Shown here in pieces: positions 34,401-48,960 of a stretch of 63,363 nt of DNA. The stretch covers positions 388,427 through 451,789 of the forward strand of contig NW_014577073.1 of NCBI RefSeq assembly GCF_000485595.1, read 5' to 3'. Each line of letters opens with the position of its first letter. Positions within the stretch are counted from its first letter, which is position 1. Source of the stretch: Priapulus caudatus (lineage: Eukaryota). The notes under the pieces were generated by a model that was given only the letters and a program-made list of their open reading frames with translations, had not been told where the DNA came from and made no database searches. The translations under genes were made by a program, and so were the position numbers.

Positions 34401-37400
34401 TTATTTGCTCATTACAAGTTATCGAGCTGTGTGTTTGCGACTCTGGTACTCGCAGTGACGTTATAAGAGAGAAGTGTTTGCCCTACCAAAAGGGACGCTC
34501 GCCAATAACAAAAGTAGTTGCGACCATTCGTGTTTTACGTTGGATTTATCGCCTGGAAGATTATATTAGGAGGGGATTGTGATCAGATAGATATTTGTTA
34601 ATGAACGCAGCAAACGCGGCCGCCTGCTGCGGCACGACCGCCTATACTAGTAACAGGGCTCGGCATGTCGACACGAAATCTACCCACATTTGAGGGGGTA
34701 TTCGGAAAATGGCTGCACCGGCGAATGCTACACTAGCTACCATATGGATGAACAGCACAGTAAGACTGCAACAACAGCACATGTCACGCAACAACGACAA
34801 ATTCCGTGAGATTATTGATGGTATTTATAAAGAAGCATGCAGGCTGTATTTTCGACTTCGCTATGATCGGCTATAGAGCGCATTGAGGGGCTACGTCTTA
34901 TGTTTTAATTTACGGGACATCGGCTCAAGCGATCATTATTGCCGTTTATCGAGCCGATTTTCAAAAAAGCATTGTTAGAGTTGGCGACGGAAGTATGATT
35001 TAAATGACTTGCAAGCGCTTAGAGTTATCCGGGTTCGAGATTACGCAGGGCATTTCAACATTTTTTTTACCATAGAGGATTCATTGACATCTTTAATCTG
35101 ACAAAAGACGCAGGTAAATTGAATCATGACACTTTACGGAATTAATTGACGGCGTTGAGGCCATGCGCAGTTTGTCATAGATAACGATCGGCTACTGACT
35201 TTGACGATTACACTGAATCGAGCGACGGCCAGCATAATTCGGTGTACAGACAACGTTTGACATGATGATGTTGCTTTAGACGTCACGAATATAGTCTGCG
35301 GCACTTAGAAATTCACTAACCAGCTGTCTTCCGGGCGGGATTTTTACCAATTTCGTTAGTAGCCGCCAACGGCATTAACTAAGTATTTTGCCGGAGTTAT
35401 CAAACAAGTGCTACCAAATTATCTGCATTGCTGAAAGCTTGGACGGATCATTGTATTAATATAAAATGTATTTGCAAACGATAGTGATACCAGTGCAGAA
35501 TTCATTCCATTACTGAACGTTTCTTACCACTTAAAGCATGTCGGCCACTAATAAATGTCGATGTAATTATGTGTTATTTTTAAACATTTTTCAATTTGCC
35601 GGCACCTCGATATATTAATTGGACACGCGGGCGCCCACGTGTATTATAGTGTTAGATAAGGAGTACGTGGCATTTTGCGCGCAGGATATCACGTTACTTT
35701 TACCTTGGCCCAACCTGGCCTACGCAAGTGCTCATGAACCATAAATCTTGGCAGGCGGAGTCGGAGTCTATTACGTTAGGGGGGTCCAGGATGATTTTTT
35801 TTTTTTTTTTAAAATATGCATTATTTTTTAAGCAAGCGAGCAATACAACCTATTGACAGAGAAGGCATGAAGATGTTGTAACCCCAAAGATTAGTTAATA
35901 TATATTGGGCAATGCGTCATTGGCTTTTATCACCGGCAAACGTTTCGGTTGACGAGTATGCATGTAGGACAATCATGACCAGCCTTTCATTACGGACATA
36001 GAGATAAAGTCACTTCAACATGTATCGTTGCAGTTCGCGGTTTGCAGTGCGCATTCGGCTGGACCTTACCTTTGCCAACCTTTTATTTCAGGGATTCGTT
36101 CTGTAAATCTCAACAGTCGCTTTCATATTTTACTAAGGAGCTCCAGGACACAAATATGGGCAGACTGGCAGATTGGCGGATAACGAGCGTTAATGCCACA
36201 GATTCTCATCACGTCTATCGTTCCCCTAGCTCTATATGAACCATGTTAGATATCGCCTATGGATCTTAAGGATGCCATAGCTAATAGCCGAAGGATTCTC
36301 GATACTACGAGGCAGCGCAGAACAATTTTTAGGTGCACACATCTCAGTGCGCACCAGATAGTGATTTATGCTTTGCCATCGCGGTAGCTAGCGTTGGTGT
36401 ATTGTCTGCTGCTGTGCGCCACCACACTCCGACCACGCTATGCAATCGTTCACCTGGCACCATACCGGCTCCTACATTATTTACAACCACGGTGCAACCC
36501 CTGTTGCAACAGGTTCATGCAACAGACCCTTCATTCCGGAGCGGCTTATATCCGCGGTTGCACCTGAGAAATGCGAGCATATTATTTAGTCACGGGGCGT
36601 AAGAGCCACAGTCCGTGTAGAGAATGTGCAGGATGGCGAGAAGTGGAAATGAAACTTCTCGCTCGCTTCAACGCGGTTCCATAAGTAATTAGGACTTCTA
36701 AGGAGCTCCAGAGTTTATTAGTATATAACGATGCACAGGCGACGTATTTCATCCATGTATCTTAAACAATGCACTATTGTATCGTGCACGGTTAATGCCT
36801 ATGTGTTCACAAGTTCTAACCACTATATGTTCGCGCGGTAACTGTCTCGGAGATATCTTAATGTTGCACACGGCACACAGTTGTGTAACTATGCTATTAG
36901 ATTGATAGCACTATATTCATCATTTCAGTTCCAGTAGACAGGTGCTCACGCAGCACGTTTTCATCGTTATATTGCGTGTTTGGTTTTCTTGTTTATGAGG
37001 TGTAGCACGATGTTGTGATGTGCATGTATACCAGTATATAGGATGCAATTCCATGTTACGCAGCCAAGTGATAATCTGACATTTTTTGGAGTACAGTCAA
37101 CATGGACATGAAATCGACATGCGGGGAGGCGACGAGTCACCTCCCCTACAACGATGACCGACGAATGGGGACGAGGAGATGGAAGGAACCGCGCTGGCCG
37201 GATATAAGGGGCGCGGCGCGCACTCGATGTTCATCACGACGACCCACGCGCCACGAGCGACTCCACGCGAGCCACACGAGCGACGCGACGACGAAGGCCG
37301 ACAACGAAACGGCCCGCAAGGCGTTACTGTCCGCAGACCAATAGCCACGCGGGGCGTGCTAGCGGCGGTATAAACATTTGGAGGCGGCATGCGGACTATC

Positions 37401-39034
37401 GGGCACTGTTCACACGCTGCTGCACGTCTCTGCCGGCGGCGCTCGACAGTACGCAATCAATGCCGTGCGGCACTCGCCGAGTCGTGCGCACGCGCACAGC
37501 GACATGCACCAGCGGCTCGCCGTTACGGGGTGACCACCGCACGCCGCGCCTCATCTTCGCAAGGGAAACTGGCTGGGCAGGGGGCGTACACCACTGGCGG
37601 GCGTTCCCGGACGCGTGCTCGGTTCAGGAGATTGAACGGGTCACAGTCGTCCACCTCAATGACAATGAGGCTACCATCAAGTGTGCGATCGAGGAGCACA
37701 TTTCAGGCGTTCGCAATGGACCACAGATCAACGCGCGGGGCATGGGGGCCTCGATTGAGGGGAATGCGAGAAGACGAGGAGGAGGCGACGACGAGGAGAA
37801 AGACGACGTCTTGGCGCGCATGAGTTACTAGGACGACGACGACGGCGCAGGGCACGGGACAGCTGCGCGGACGAAGGCGGCAGCCGGAAATTTTTTTGTT
37901 GTTTGTTGTTTGGTGATAATTAAGATTACTCAAATCTATATATTATAAAAAAATAAAAATAATATATTAAATAAAATATGTGCTAGACAAATGTTAATAT
38001 GAGGGTAATATATTAGTTTTGACTAGTTTTTGATCTCCGAGTTACGACACGTCACGTTACCCGTACCGTTGCTACAATCTATGACTGACTAATCATTATG
38101 TAAGTTTATGTTTCTATGTCGCGTACCTATCGTGTATTCGTCGGCTCTTCGTGGGCACATATTATATGTAGAGTCAAGATCTGGAATAGTGAGATGTTGT
38201 TGTCTTGAATATAGTATCTAGCGTTATTGCTGCTTTATCTGAAGTTGTGCACGACGGCTATCCTAATACACTAGATACTACTAGACGATCACGGAAAACG
38301 AGAGAGTAGGAAACGTTATTACATTTTCGGTCATCTACAACTCTGGTTATTTATTTGCGACGAACGGCCGACGCACGCACCGACGCACACACACGGACAC
38401 ACACCCCACAGATAACTACACAGAGGGCACTCACGGGAGTGCTACCTCGCCGATGTAACATGTATGTGTACGGAGCTGGCTCACGCTCGCTGCTGGCTTG
38501 CTGGGCTGACTGACTCGCGTCAGCTGGTGGTTGCTGCTGACTCACTTCGCCGCTCCCTGATGTATTACCGTCGAAAGACGGATAGTAAATATCTAGAGAT
38601 AATTTATTTTTCTGGTGGCATATTGGCCAGCTGTGCGAGTCGCAACGCGGAATAGACTCAGGACGGGCGGGCTAGAGTAGCACTTATTAGACAAGCCTGT
38701 CAGTACAGAGGCTACAGTACAGTAGGCTGACGAGGACAATAGGTAGGGTGTCTACCTATGTTCAGTATATTAACGCGTTGTGGCGACCAGAGACGACCAA
38801 GGGCGATTAAGTGTAATAGAATACAGGAATAACATCTTTGTTAAGACAGCGACTGACGCTTATCACTCGTAAGTTATGGGAGGTTACTCGCCGTACTACA
38901 CTGTGTAGGCATTATGCACGTTATGAGCGGATGCTAGTTTAAGTAGTTTCATTAGAGTTCTGAATAGTCATTACTGTGCGTTATCTTCTTCCTTACTTTT
39001 GTTCACATTGACGCCTAGCCAAAGGGTGTATTAA
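25310..39034 (+). other. Indel-riddled duplicate of ~4830-6094 plus 8683-21050, including a second copy of element A (27898-38323); probable long-read gap-fill artefact
   Basis: Colinear with the first copy, same TSD, flanks, inversion and U3 loss; differences are mostly 1-bp indels; ends at a 25-N gap. Confidence 0.85.
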
Positions 39035-39062
39035 NNNNNNNNNNNNNNNNNNNNNNNNNCAC

Positions 39063-39132
<70 letters not shown>

Positions 39133-39829
39133 CACAGGTAAGATGATATTAAGGCGCTGAGACATAAGGCATTACATTTCCACTATGATAACACTGATTT
39201 ACAGAAAGAATCTACACCTATTGTCGGTTATATTGAACAACAGGAAGGATTCTTTACGACCAAACATAACCAACCCTGTCAACAACCGCAGGGTTAGCGT
39301 ATGAGTTTAGATTATTAATTAATACCACAGTGTAACAAACATATACACACATACAAAACTACAGTATAATATACATCAAAATCTGTAAGCCCCGTAGCAC
39401 TTCATAACGTACAGATAAATGTCTTCAAGCACTTACTCATATGTATTCGTAATAGTATGTGCTACGTGGGACATCATGATTCACACTCATACGCATCAAG
39501 TGAGCGATGAATACGATCCACTATCATTTGTGGAGCGACGCGACACAAGTACACATCGATTACATTCTTACCTATATAGGTACCAATTATAGCGAATTGT
39601 CAACATTTAAATTTTGACTGCCCAGTGTTTTGTGAAATTGGTTTTTATCACGACAAGCACTGGAGACAGCCAATGATAATTAGGTAGCTTTCGCGGTAAA
39701 AACAATTAAACTTTCCTCGAATAACATATTTACTACAGTACTAAATAACATACAGGTAGTTGTATATACCGTACTAATATAAAATACACGTAGTTGTATA
39801 CCGTACTTAAATAACATGCATAACGATAA

Positions 39830-41285
39830 AATTAAGGCAGAGTCGATGAAGGATAAAAGGACAAGATTCGGCTGTAAACAGAAGATCTTCCTCTTTCCAA
39901 ACACTTGACAGCGTTCTACCTGCAGTGAAATGAGCTGTTTATAAATTCACGGTCAGCTGCAATGAGGAGCGGTATAGGTACATGCGTCGATGTCGTGGGC
40001 ATGGAAAAACAAACAACAAAAGAAGGTATCTGTACGGGAATCTCCAGTCGGGCGTCCGGTTCCTATTGTCAAAGTGCGCGAAAGGCTGGTTAAAAGGCCA
40101 CAGTCGAACCAGCCTAACCTGGCAGGATAATGCCAACAGCACAGAAAATGGGTATGCAAAGACACATAGAGCAGCGAAGACTGCATACTATCAGCAAGAT
40201 TCGGTTGACAGTTTTTGTCTAAAGATACAGCAGCAGCAGCGAGCGGCGACGGCTGGCGGCGGCGTTGACGGCCAGCCGCAAGGAGCAACCACAAAAACCA
40301 GTTGCGGCATAGTTCCAAGATATGCAGTTGAGAATGCCAACAGAAGATGACTAATTAAAATCTCGATTCTCAACAGAGCAAATAAACTGTGAACACCTTC
40401 CCTGACATATTGCTTCAGCATATATAATCAAATATGGCAAGTGGAAACATTCTTAGATGTTCTCGCGGCAATGAGAATGGAATACCAGAGAGTGCCAAAA
40501 TAATTTCCACAGATCACCTACAATTGATTCAAACACTAAGGGTACTACACGCATTATATTCTTATATTATCAGATTCTATCAGCGCCAGACAATTTGTTG
40601 GTCTTTTTTTGTCACCATGCCCTCTTAGTGGCTATTTGACTGCACCATGAGGAGGACCTTTGAAAACAACAGAAACGCCATTCGCTCGGTCCTGTAGAGA
40701 CACAGCTGGGAGACTCGTCCATTACTGACCACCGTTTAGCTAGCCGTGGTCCCACGGGCACCAACAGATACGAGAAGAAAACGGCAGAACGCGAAACCAC
40801 GTCATTACAACTAGGACTCAGTATTTTTAAAAAAATGGTGCGTAAAGCCTTCAAAACCAGCAAGTCAAAACACTTCAGCCATCCCTACGGCTCAAGCCAC
40901 ATCGAGGTCAATAAAAGCAACAATAGAGACATTCTAATTCTTTGTCGGGCATGGAAGTGCCCGAGACGTATTCTTCAGATTAAGTTATTGATAAGACTAA
41001 CACTGCAAATGCAGCAACACTTCTGTGCTTTGAAAATACACAGTCGCGGTAGAGCTTAGGAGGGCAAATCTTTAACCTTTCGGTAGTGAGGTCTATAGAA
41101 TACCACCGTCAACATACTAACAGTTCTATATTGCGAACACGCAAAGGGAAAATTTAAAGAAGAGGCGCCGAAGAATAACCGTAACACTCAATACACGGGA
41201 AGATTGAAGACGATGTAAAGATCCACTGCCTCCCAACAGGTGCGATGGAAAGTTGGCGGCCTATTATATACTTATGACTAAATCT
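39830..41285 (+). mobile_element. Degraded RTE-clade LINE, error-rich duplicate of 50890-52290
   Basis: Colinear with 50890-52290. Confidence 0.6.
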
Positions 41286-42286
41286 TATTAGCTAATACTA
41301 AAACTTTTTTAAACTTAAACTTTAAACTAAACTAATACTTTAGAAACATTTCTAAGAAGGACGCTAATTGTTTTGCGCAGGTTGCGTCCCTCGAAAATAT
41401 AGCATTGTTCCTGGTAACAACAGCCTGGTGTTTGTAAAGTTAACTATTACACGCAATGTGCTACCATAACTAGAACTTATCATGATGCATAACTTACGAT
41501 ACATACTGCGTTAACTTTGAATATAGAAATGTTACTTTTAACAGTTCACACGACTCTTTCAATTGCATCTAACTAAATTTTGCTGTGAACAATCTTTTTT
41601 CGCAGTGTTCAGCACTGTCATGTCAATTAAAGGTGTGCCGAGAAATGCATTTTTTTTCTTGGCAACGATGGCAAATAAAATACACATAAAATTACATCGT
41701 TTTCTCTGCTTATGTTACCACTACTGCAGATTCGTGGAAGTATCAAACATGGATAAAGGGATGAGCAATTATTACCCTAATTTAATTCCCCTTTTCCATT
41801 TTGCAAAACAACTTCCAAACACAATTGCATCAAAGGAAGACGTGCACAACGTACAAGACAAAGCATTTTTCCAAGACGTTTTCCAAGGTTATTTTGATTA
41901 CTTTAGAGGCCCATCTTCTTATGACCTCACGGTTTAAGCAAAATACAATCTTTATACCTCCTCATTTCAATCAACTTTCGTGAACAAACTGTTGCCTCAA
42001 GCAGTTTTGATTGCCACCTCAGACAGATAAGCAGTTCTGGTCTTCAGTCAATTATCATTATTATCAGTATTATCAGTTGTATTTCATTCGTAAAATGCTA
42101 CACGTAGACACGTACCGTACTCAATATCCGCACAACTTCTTCCCGTGTCCGCGCGAAATTCCGCGTAGGTGCAGAATACAAAGATATTAGGACTAGCGAG
42201 ATACCCGGCGTTGCGCAGAGAATAGTTGGTCGTTATCAGTTGGTGACCGCTTGGTCTGAAAGGAAATACCAAAACTATCTATCTAT

Positions 42287-42470
42287 CCCATGCATCCATC
42301 CATGCATCCATCCCATTTCCATGCCATCCCATCCCATCCCATCGACGCATCCCATTCCATTCATTGTCATCGCATCTCATGCCATCCAATGCATTGCATG
42401 CCATGCCATGCCTGCCATGCCATCCCATCCCATGCATCGCACTGCCTCCATCCCATCCATGCCATCCTCC
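42287..42470. repeat. (CCATC/CCATG)n pentamer satellite; also at 53281-53521
   Basis: Directly visible. Confidence 0.9.
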
Positions 42471-42577
42471 AATATCAAATAATAAGAAATCAAAGATAAA
42501 AGACATTAAATATAAAAAATAAAATAAAAAATAAAAATAAAAAATAATACTTACTAAAAGGAAAAAGGCGGAAAATA

Positions 42578-42647
42578 AGTTCCAGCTGGCACTCAAACCG
42601 GATCCGGGTGTAGGAGACGGATTTCTAGCGATTAGGCCACTGCGCCG
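42578..42647 (-). mobile_element. tRNA-derived SINE head (putative)
   Basis: Reverse strand GGCGCAGTGGCCTAATCGCTAG (A-box-like) ... CCGGTTTGAGTGCC (B-box-like); no complete cloverleaf. Confidence 0.35.
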
Positions 42648-42659
42648 TTAAGGGTATAC

Positions 42660-42840
42660 CAGGGCCGTACGCAGCGGGGGGGGGGGGCAGCAGGGGCAGT
42701 TGCCCCCTAGAGATTTTCAGAGTATGCCTTTAATGGGACAAATAGGCAAAATAGAGGGCGTGGGGAGTACTTTGCCCCACCTACAGAACAATTTCCTGCG
42801 TAATTTGCCCCCTACAGAAAATTTCCTGCGTACGGCCTTG
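42660..42840. mobile_element. hAT-like MITE
   Basis: TIRs CAGGGCCGTACGCAG / CTGCGTACGGCCTTG; absent from the paralogous site at ~55224-55232. Confidence 0.75.
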
Positions 42841-43585
42841 CCGGTTACCTCATGGATTCACACGTACGTGATGTTATCTGTACGGCCCGCCATCTATTGA
42901 TGAATTAGATTTTTATGAATTTTTAACTTTTGTAACTTTTTTAAATTTTTGCTGTCAGCAGAACCACCTCCCAGACGTGCTGAATGGCTGACATATTTGT
43001 TTCCGGCAGGCCTGCGGAGTTCTCTCGTTATTGCTAGTACGATAATTTCGGTGAACAACTTTATATATATAGATACGTATGTGCATCATGCCGACCCGGG
43101 ACCAATCACAGCTCAGTCCTTTGTGTTACGATAGTTGTGTACACTTGGACGAACACAAACTTGTCAATTGAAGGTTTGTATTAAAATGTGTAATGTTTTA
43201 TATTTAGTTCGAGTTTAGAGTCTGATAGGTAGAGATTGTAGTTGATATTCTTATTGGTTGCTAAGTGTGGTCAATTCAGACTGCATCGCATACGCATCCG
43301 TATATCATTTATTTCACAGGACAGAAATTTCGCACACAAAGACGAGCTGTGATTTGGTCGGGTCAGGGACAAGTGCGCATACACATCCTATTCATGTATT
43401 CCCAAGCAGGGAATTTTCGCGACACCAGGGAACCAAGCATCATAGAACCCTATTTCACAGGCCAACCGGCCTGGAAAATGCCATTTAAAAAAATCAACAA
43501 CCTTTCGGGTGTTCCAGAACTGACCGAACCCCAAATCGTCCCGAACAACGCCCCACACCCGCGAGTCATGAACTCGTGGCACGCA

Positions 43586-46500
43586 TCACCTGTGCGTCTT
43601 GCAGCCACGGCCGATCTGGTAAGCCTCGTGAGCAGCTGATCAAACGTCGCCACGTGATCGCAAGACGTCGTAGCATCTCCAGCTCATCGGATGCACGTTA
43701 ACCCGCGAACGACCACGGAGTGCAGCGGCAGGCCCCATTGTCAACTTGTCGCCATCTGTGGAGAGTGCCGGCTGCAGCAGCTTCTCGGTGTCGCTGCGAT
43801 GCGGCCGGCGACGCAGATCGTGTTTCGTTCAAAGGGCTGCGCAACAGTACACGTGTAATCACAGGGCTGGCATACTCAACAACGCTCTTTAGTGATTTCT
43901 TGTTCATCTTAAGGGCGGGAGGGGAGGAGGCAATCACGCTTAAAATGTCGTTATATCGGCTCGAACCTCAAGGGCAAAGTATAGAGGCCCATTTTGTCAG
44001 AATGATCGTTAAGATTAATCCGGTGTAAAAGTCCCCATATGGTAACATACACATGCCACATGTAAAGTTCTACCATTTTGGATTTAAATGCAGAGACAAT
44101 TCCGGCTGATTTCTTAGGGGTGTTTAATGATGACCATAAACAAAATTACAATATGATTGCGCCACAGTTTGCATTGGGCTGTGCCTTCCTCTACCCTGAT
44201 TTGATGGGTGTACCAGATGGTAGGGGCCTCCTTAGGTGGGACCATATCCTATGCGCATCTAAATCTGAGATTTTCAACCTTCAAGTTATTATTCACTACT
44301 CTAATGGAACAGTTCTAAAGAGGCACGAAACCTTATGCATTTAAAAACATGCTTACTTTCACATAGGGTACCATACAGTTATATTCACTTTAGCACAGAA
44401 AAAGAGCAAGAAATTTACATTTTGCTGATTTTAGTCAAATTTGTCCTATTCAGGTCATTGCATGTTCCATCACTATACCATTTTCAAGGGTGACTTTAAA
44501 ATATGCTGTTTATATAAAAAGAAGCACTCTTACCTAAATTAGATAGCCCTTCATTCTCGTTTCTTTTTCAACAACCTGGCAGCAACTGTGTGGCTGCTCC
44601 TCCACATTCATGTAGCGGGTGGCTCATAAATCTTTTTTCCTCTGACGACGACAAGAACAAAAAAGTAAAAGGTAACACGAATAATAAAAATAACAGCTGC
44701 GCACATATTAAGTAAGTTACAAAATGACAAGAGTGAATGAAACCCGGCACAAGTGTCTCAGGAGCGAGCTGCCTCTTGTTTCACGTCAAATCGGGCGGAA
44801 AAGACCGCGCCAATTTAACCATAGTCAATGAATAAAACCATCTCTGATGTTGAAGCTATAACTACATAATAATAAAAGGTTATCGATACAAGAGTAATGT
44901 GAGAGGGCAATGGATGTATAACGTTAGTTCTGAGGATCATTTTTATTGGGTTTAACGCAATAAATCGTAGGTATGATAGGACATCTGAAATGTGAATTCT
45001 TGTGTTTCGAGTGAGTCATACTCTCTCTATTTATTATGACACTCTGATTACTCACGTTAGTATGGATAAGACTTGTTGAACATGCATGGAATTTTACGGG
45101 CACAGACAATAAGAATTTATCCGCAAAATATTCACTTAGCAGAAGCTTACTGTCACTCAGGTTTTCCAAGGACTGCTCCTTAACTTGATATTCTGGAAAA
45201 AATTGTATGAAGCCCACCTAGTTATCATTTGCCAGTTTTCACTGGCTTGAATCGGTAGGCTACTAGCTGTCACCCCATACCATGGACAAAGCATTTCCTA
45301 TTCTGCCATGCCGCATCTCCATCTGTACCATTTCTTTGAGAGTTATGTGTTATGTTATATGAGGCTCATGGACATCAACAGTCAACCTTCACCAAATAAA
45401 ATTTAAATTTAAATGGCACTGCTTTACACAAGCATTAGTGTTGCCTAGTAGAACATTAGAGACGTAAATTGTTATTCATTGTAGCTATATAAATGTTCAT
45501 GGTGATCATTATTTAAGTTATAAATGCATAAGTATCTAAGCATATAAAAAGATAATAGTATTTGTGCCTGTCCCGTACTGCTGGCTAATTCCCTAACTCA
45601 ATGTTTTCATTTAACCTTATTCATTATTGTGATTTCACTAATTCATCGCATTTTCAAGGAAAATAAATTTTTCCAGGAATTGCTTCAGGCGATAAGCAAT
45701 AAATTATGTATGGAATCATTTTGATTCTGTACAACTTACCTTACAACAACAGAGTGTGAAAACCCATTGTTTTCTATTTACTGAAATCTTGTCACAGAAC
45801 TGTCTGGTTTCCATGTATCCAGTCAAAATACGATGGAGACTGTCTCCCCAAAGTATATATAGCTGACATAAGCGAGGAAAGAGTACAATGGCTAGCATAA
45901 AATATGCAACAGACGGGTGCAATGAATGGTTGGCAGTTGTTCTGTATGCATGCAGTACCATATGTGTTAATCCATATCCTTTAAACCATTACTGGTTAGT
46001 CAATAATTTCGATTATATTTGTTAGTCATCAATGATATGTTAGCAAACAGAATCGGATTAAAGTAGCATGAGCGCATACTGATATTTTTGAAAATGCTTG
46101 TGTTTTTTTATGCTGCTTAATTATCATACAATATATATTAACACTACCTGTAGCCCAAAACAGCCAACTGCATTCAAGATGGCAGGCATTGTGAATGACT
46201 TTGTATGACACTCCTTCTTGCAATGCAGTAGTATGAGGTCAGAATGCGTAGTTGCCCTGAACAAGACATTTTTGATGAACAAGCGAATATAACATAGTGA
46301 ACACAACACAGTGTAATATGGGCGCGCCACATGTTCTCGACAAGCATTGGTTTAACTACTATGAAGATTATATTTCCAATATTATCAATAATTAATTAGA
46401 AAATATAATTAAAAACAATTATGCAGTAATTCAGGACAAAAATAAAATCCAGTAATTATAGGGAACATTTAATGTTAATTTGTATTCCTATTGGAGCCTT

Positions 46501-46973
46501 TGCACACATTTAGAAGACAGAGGAGATGAAGAAACATGCAGCTCTAGGTTTTGCACAATTATTGATTACCTTACGATTAACAACCTCACCCAAAAGGATC
46601 ACCCACAACAAGAAAGGGCTATGTCTGTAGTCTTTGCATCTTCAGCATGGCATCTATCAAATGAAAGCAGTTTGTTAACTATTATCTACACATTACACTT
46701 ACAGCTCCAAAAGATATTCTGGATCAAATTGATTTAGATTAGTAAATAATTTCCTAAAATAAAATAAAACTGTTGGTGTAGTATATAAGCGAAGGAGCAT
46801 AGATTTGGCTTGGTCAGTTGGAGAAAACTGGAATAATGCGTGAATGTTTGGCAAATTTACTGGGGTTCATTGCAGCGACAGAGCTTTTAATTGACTGTAT
46901 GTATTACATACCGACTTGGCTGTCCACAAACTCCCTATTGCAATTGGTGATGGTTCTTCCATAAAAACTCTTC
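43586..46973 (-). pseudogene. DPH5: DPH5 copy A, coding exons 2-8 with many indels (low-quality consensus or pseudogene)
   Basis: Colinear with 56043-59366; fragments [24 protein letters not shown] visible in the ORF track. Confidence 0.8.
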
Positions 46974-48413
46974 CTGAAAAACATAATCATGAATGATTAG
47001 GCACATTAAATACATTAATGCATGCGATTCAAATGCTCCTCTGCAACACACAATTAATGTACACTGCACATTGCACAACATAAAATATTATAGCCAGGTA
47101 GCGTACACTAATCGCGTTTATTCCGGTTGGCCTACTCCCATTTGCCTACGGCAAAATTCGCATTTCGCCTACGCAAGATTCCCAGTTGCCTACACCAGTC
47201 GCTACTTCACCAATTCGTCTACGCTCAAAATACTACCCCATTCCCATTTCGCCTGCGATCGGTGTGTTCACTAAATAATCATTTATAATAAATTAAATAT
47301 GGTTTTTATGGCGTCTACATAGACTACAGGAACCAAAAGAAAGTGCGCGAAGGAGCAGCGTCATCTACGTCTACTGCGGTGCATCTGTGGTGGAGTGGTG
47401 GGATTACTACTTCCTAGTAAACCCTGTTAGTCCCAAATGTGTTCACAATTACACGCCGAAACAGTGGATAGGCACAGGGATGGTATCAGGAACCTTAATT
47501 CTCAAAAAGGAATGCTTTCGTTTGGGATCGTATGAAAGTTGCACGAGGATGGCGCGTACGTTTAGGGAAGGGGTTTCAGATTAAAGATGGAAGCTCCCAG
47601 TCGTACGTAGTAGTACAACTATTTGCAAGACCAGAAGTAGTAAGACACATCCATTTACACTACGCCAAGGCCTACAGGGCTGAATAGGAGAGCTGCACCT
47701 GTACGTTATCAATTAACGCAGGCAAAAACCACACCAGTACCAGCAGCCCCGCGCGCACCCGCCCCCCACACCATCGCCATGGCACTGGCATGGCCACTGG
47801 CAGTGGCAGTACCCGTTACATGTAACATACTGACAGTACAGAATGCCATACGAACATTACTCACGACTCTTCAAGGGCATAACCTTCTTCAACCAAATTT
47901 ATCTTTTGAGAATCTTCATATCCCTGTGAATTGTAGCCTCATACATCCAGGCATGGTATAGATTCGACTAGCAAACCGGCAGTGAAAACTCTTTCTATCT
48001 CCGCGCTCACCCACTTGCAACTCGGGAGAATAACGCTCCGATTGAAATGAAACCGTTGGCGCGTACTAAGAATTATGCTAAGAAGTATGCAGACTAGAAT
48101 ACGCCATAGTCATAAGAATAGTGATGTACGTGCGATGTTTTGGTCAATGTGTTTCACGATAATGCACTAAATGTTTTACTATGTTACAATGTATTCACTA
48201 TATTATACTATATGTCTCACGTGTGACGCACTCTATGTTACTTATGTTTCACACAATATTTGTTACGTCGCATCCTTAAGACGCACTAACTCACAGGTTT
48301 TTAATGCATATATGAACGTTTGTTGTTTTAAGCACGCTATATGTTGAGTGCCACTAACCACCGTTTTCGTATTATGTATCACAATGGAATAACCTAGCCT
48401 TTTTTAAAGCAAC

Positions 48414-48866
48414 ATGAGCATCACCCGGAAAACGAGCCACTCCCCCTGCGATGACCGAGAAGATTGGGAGGAAGAGCTGCAGGCGGCGCTGAGCCAGGTC
48501 AGCACGCGGAGCAACGACGCGGGGCGCCGTCCCCACGAGCAGGCAACGGCGCGGGACATGCAGGAAGAACCGCCCCACAAGCGGTACTGCGAGCCGACCG
48601 CCGCCGCCATGCCACCGCCGCCGCCGCCGACCGCCGACGACGGTTGCGCGACACAGTCGATCCGCAACGCCCCCGCCACGCTGTGCACGCAGTGTACACT
48701 GTGCCCGTGTCGACGCCGCGTTCACGCCACGCCGCCCGTCGTCACAGTCAGGCCGGGCGTCACGGCCGCGCCGGTGACCACCGCTACCATCGCTGCCGGA
48801 GCTGTCGCTACCGACGAGAACGCCGAGGAAGAAGAGGAGCGACGCTTCTACAGCGGGTACCGCTGA
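48414..48866 (+). CDS. ORF4-family accessory protein of element B (150 aa)
   Basis: Intact ORF, CAACATGA start; DDREDWEEELQAAL, PPHKRYC, LCTQCTLCPCRRRVHATP, EEEEERRFY. Confidence 0.72.
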   Translation: MSITRKTSHSPCDDREDWEEELQAALSQVSTRSNDAGRRPHEQATARDMQEEPPHKRYCEPTAAAMPPPPPPTADDGCATQSIRNAPATLCTQCTLCPCRRRVHATPPVVTVRPGVTAAPVTTATIAAGAVATDENAEEEEERRFYSGYR

Positions 48867-48960
48867 GGACCCCACGATGACGGCGAGCACCCCACGATGA
48901 CGGCGAGGACCCCACGAGGACGGCGAGGACCCCACGATGACGGCGAGGACCCACGACGAC
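48866..48960 (+). repeat. 20-bp tandem repeat GAGGACCCCACGATGACGGC, ~4.5 copies
   Basis: Directly visible right after the ORF stop. Confidence 0.85.

Noticed and set aside
27898..38323. An independent, older second provirus insertion
   Set aside because: Same flanks, TSD and rearrangements as element A; the divergence is indel noise typical of raw long reads
48866..48960. CRISPR-like array
   Set aside because: Head-to-tail 20-bp repeats without spacers, in eukaryotic DNA
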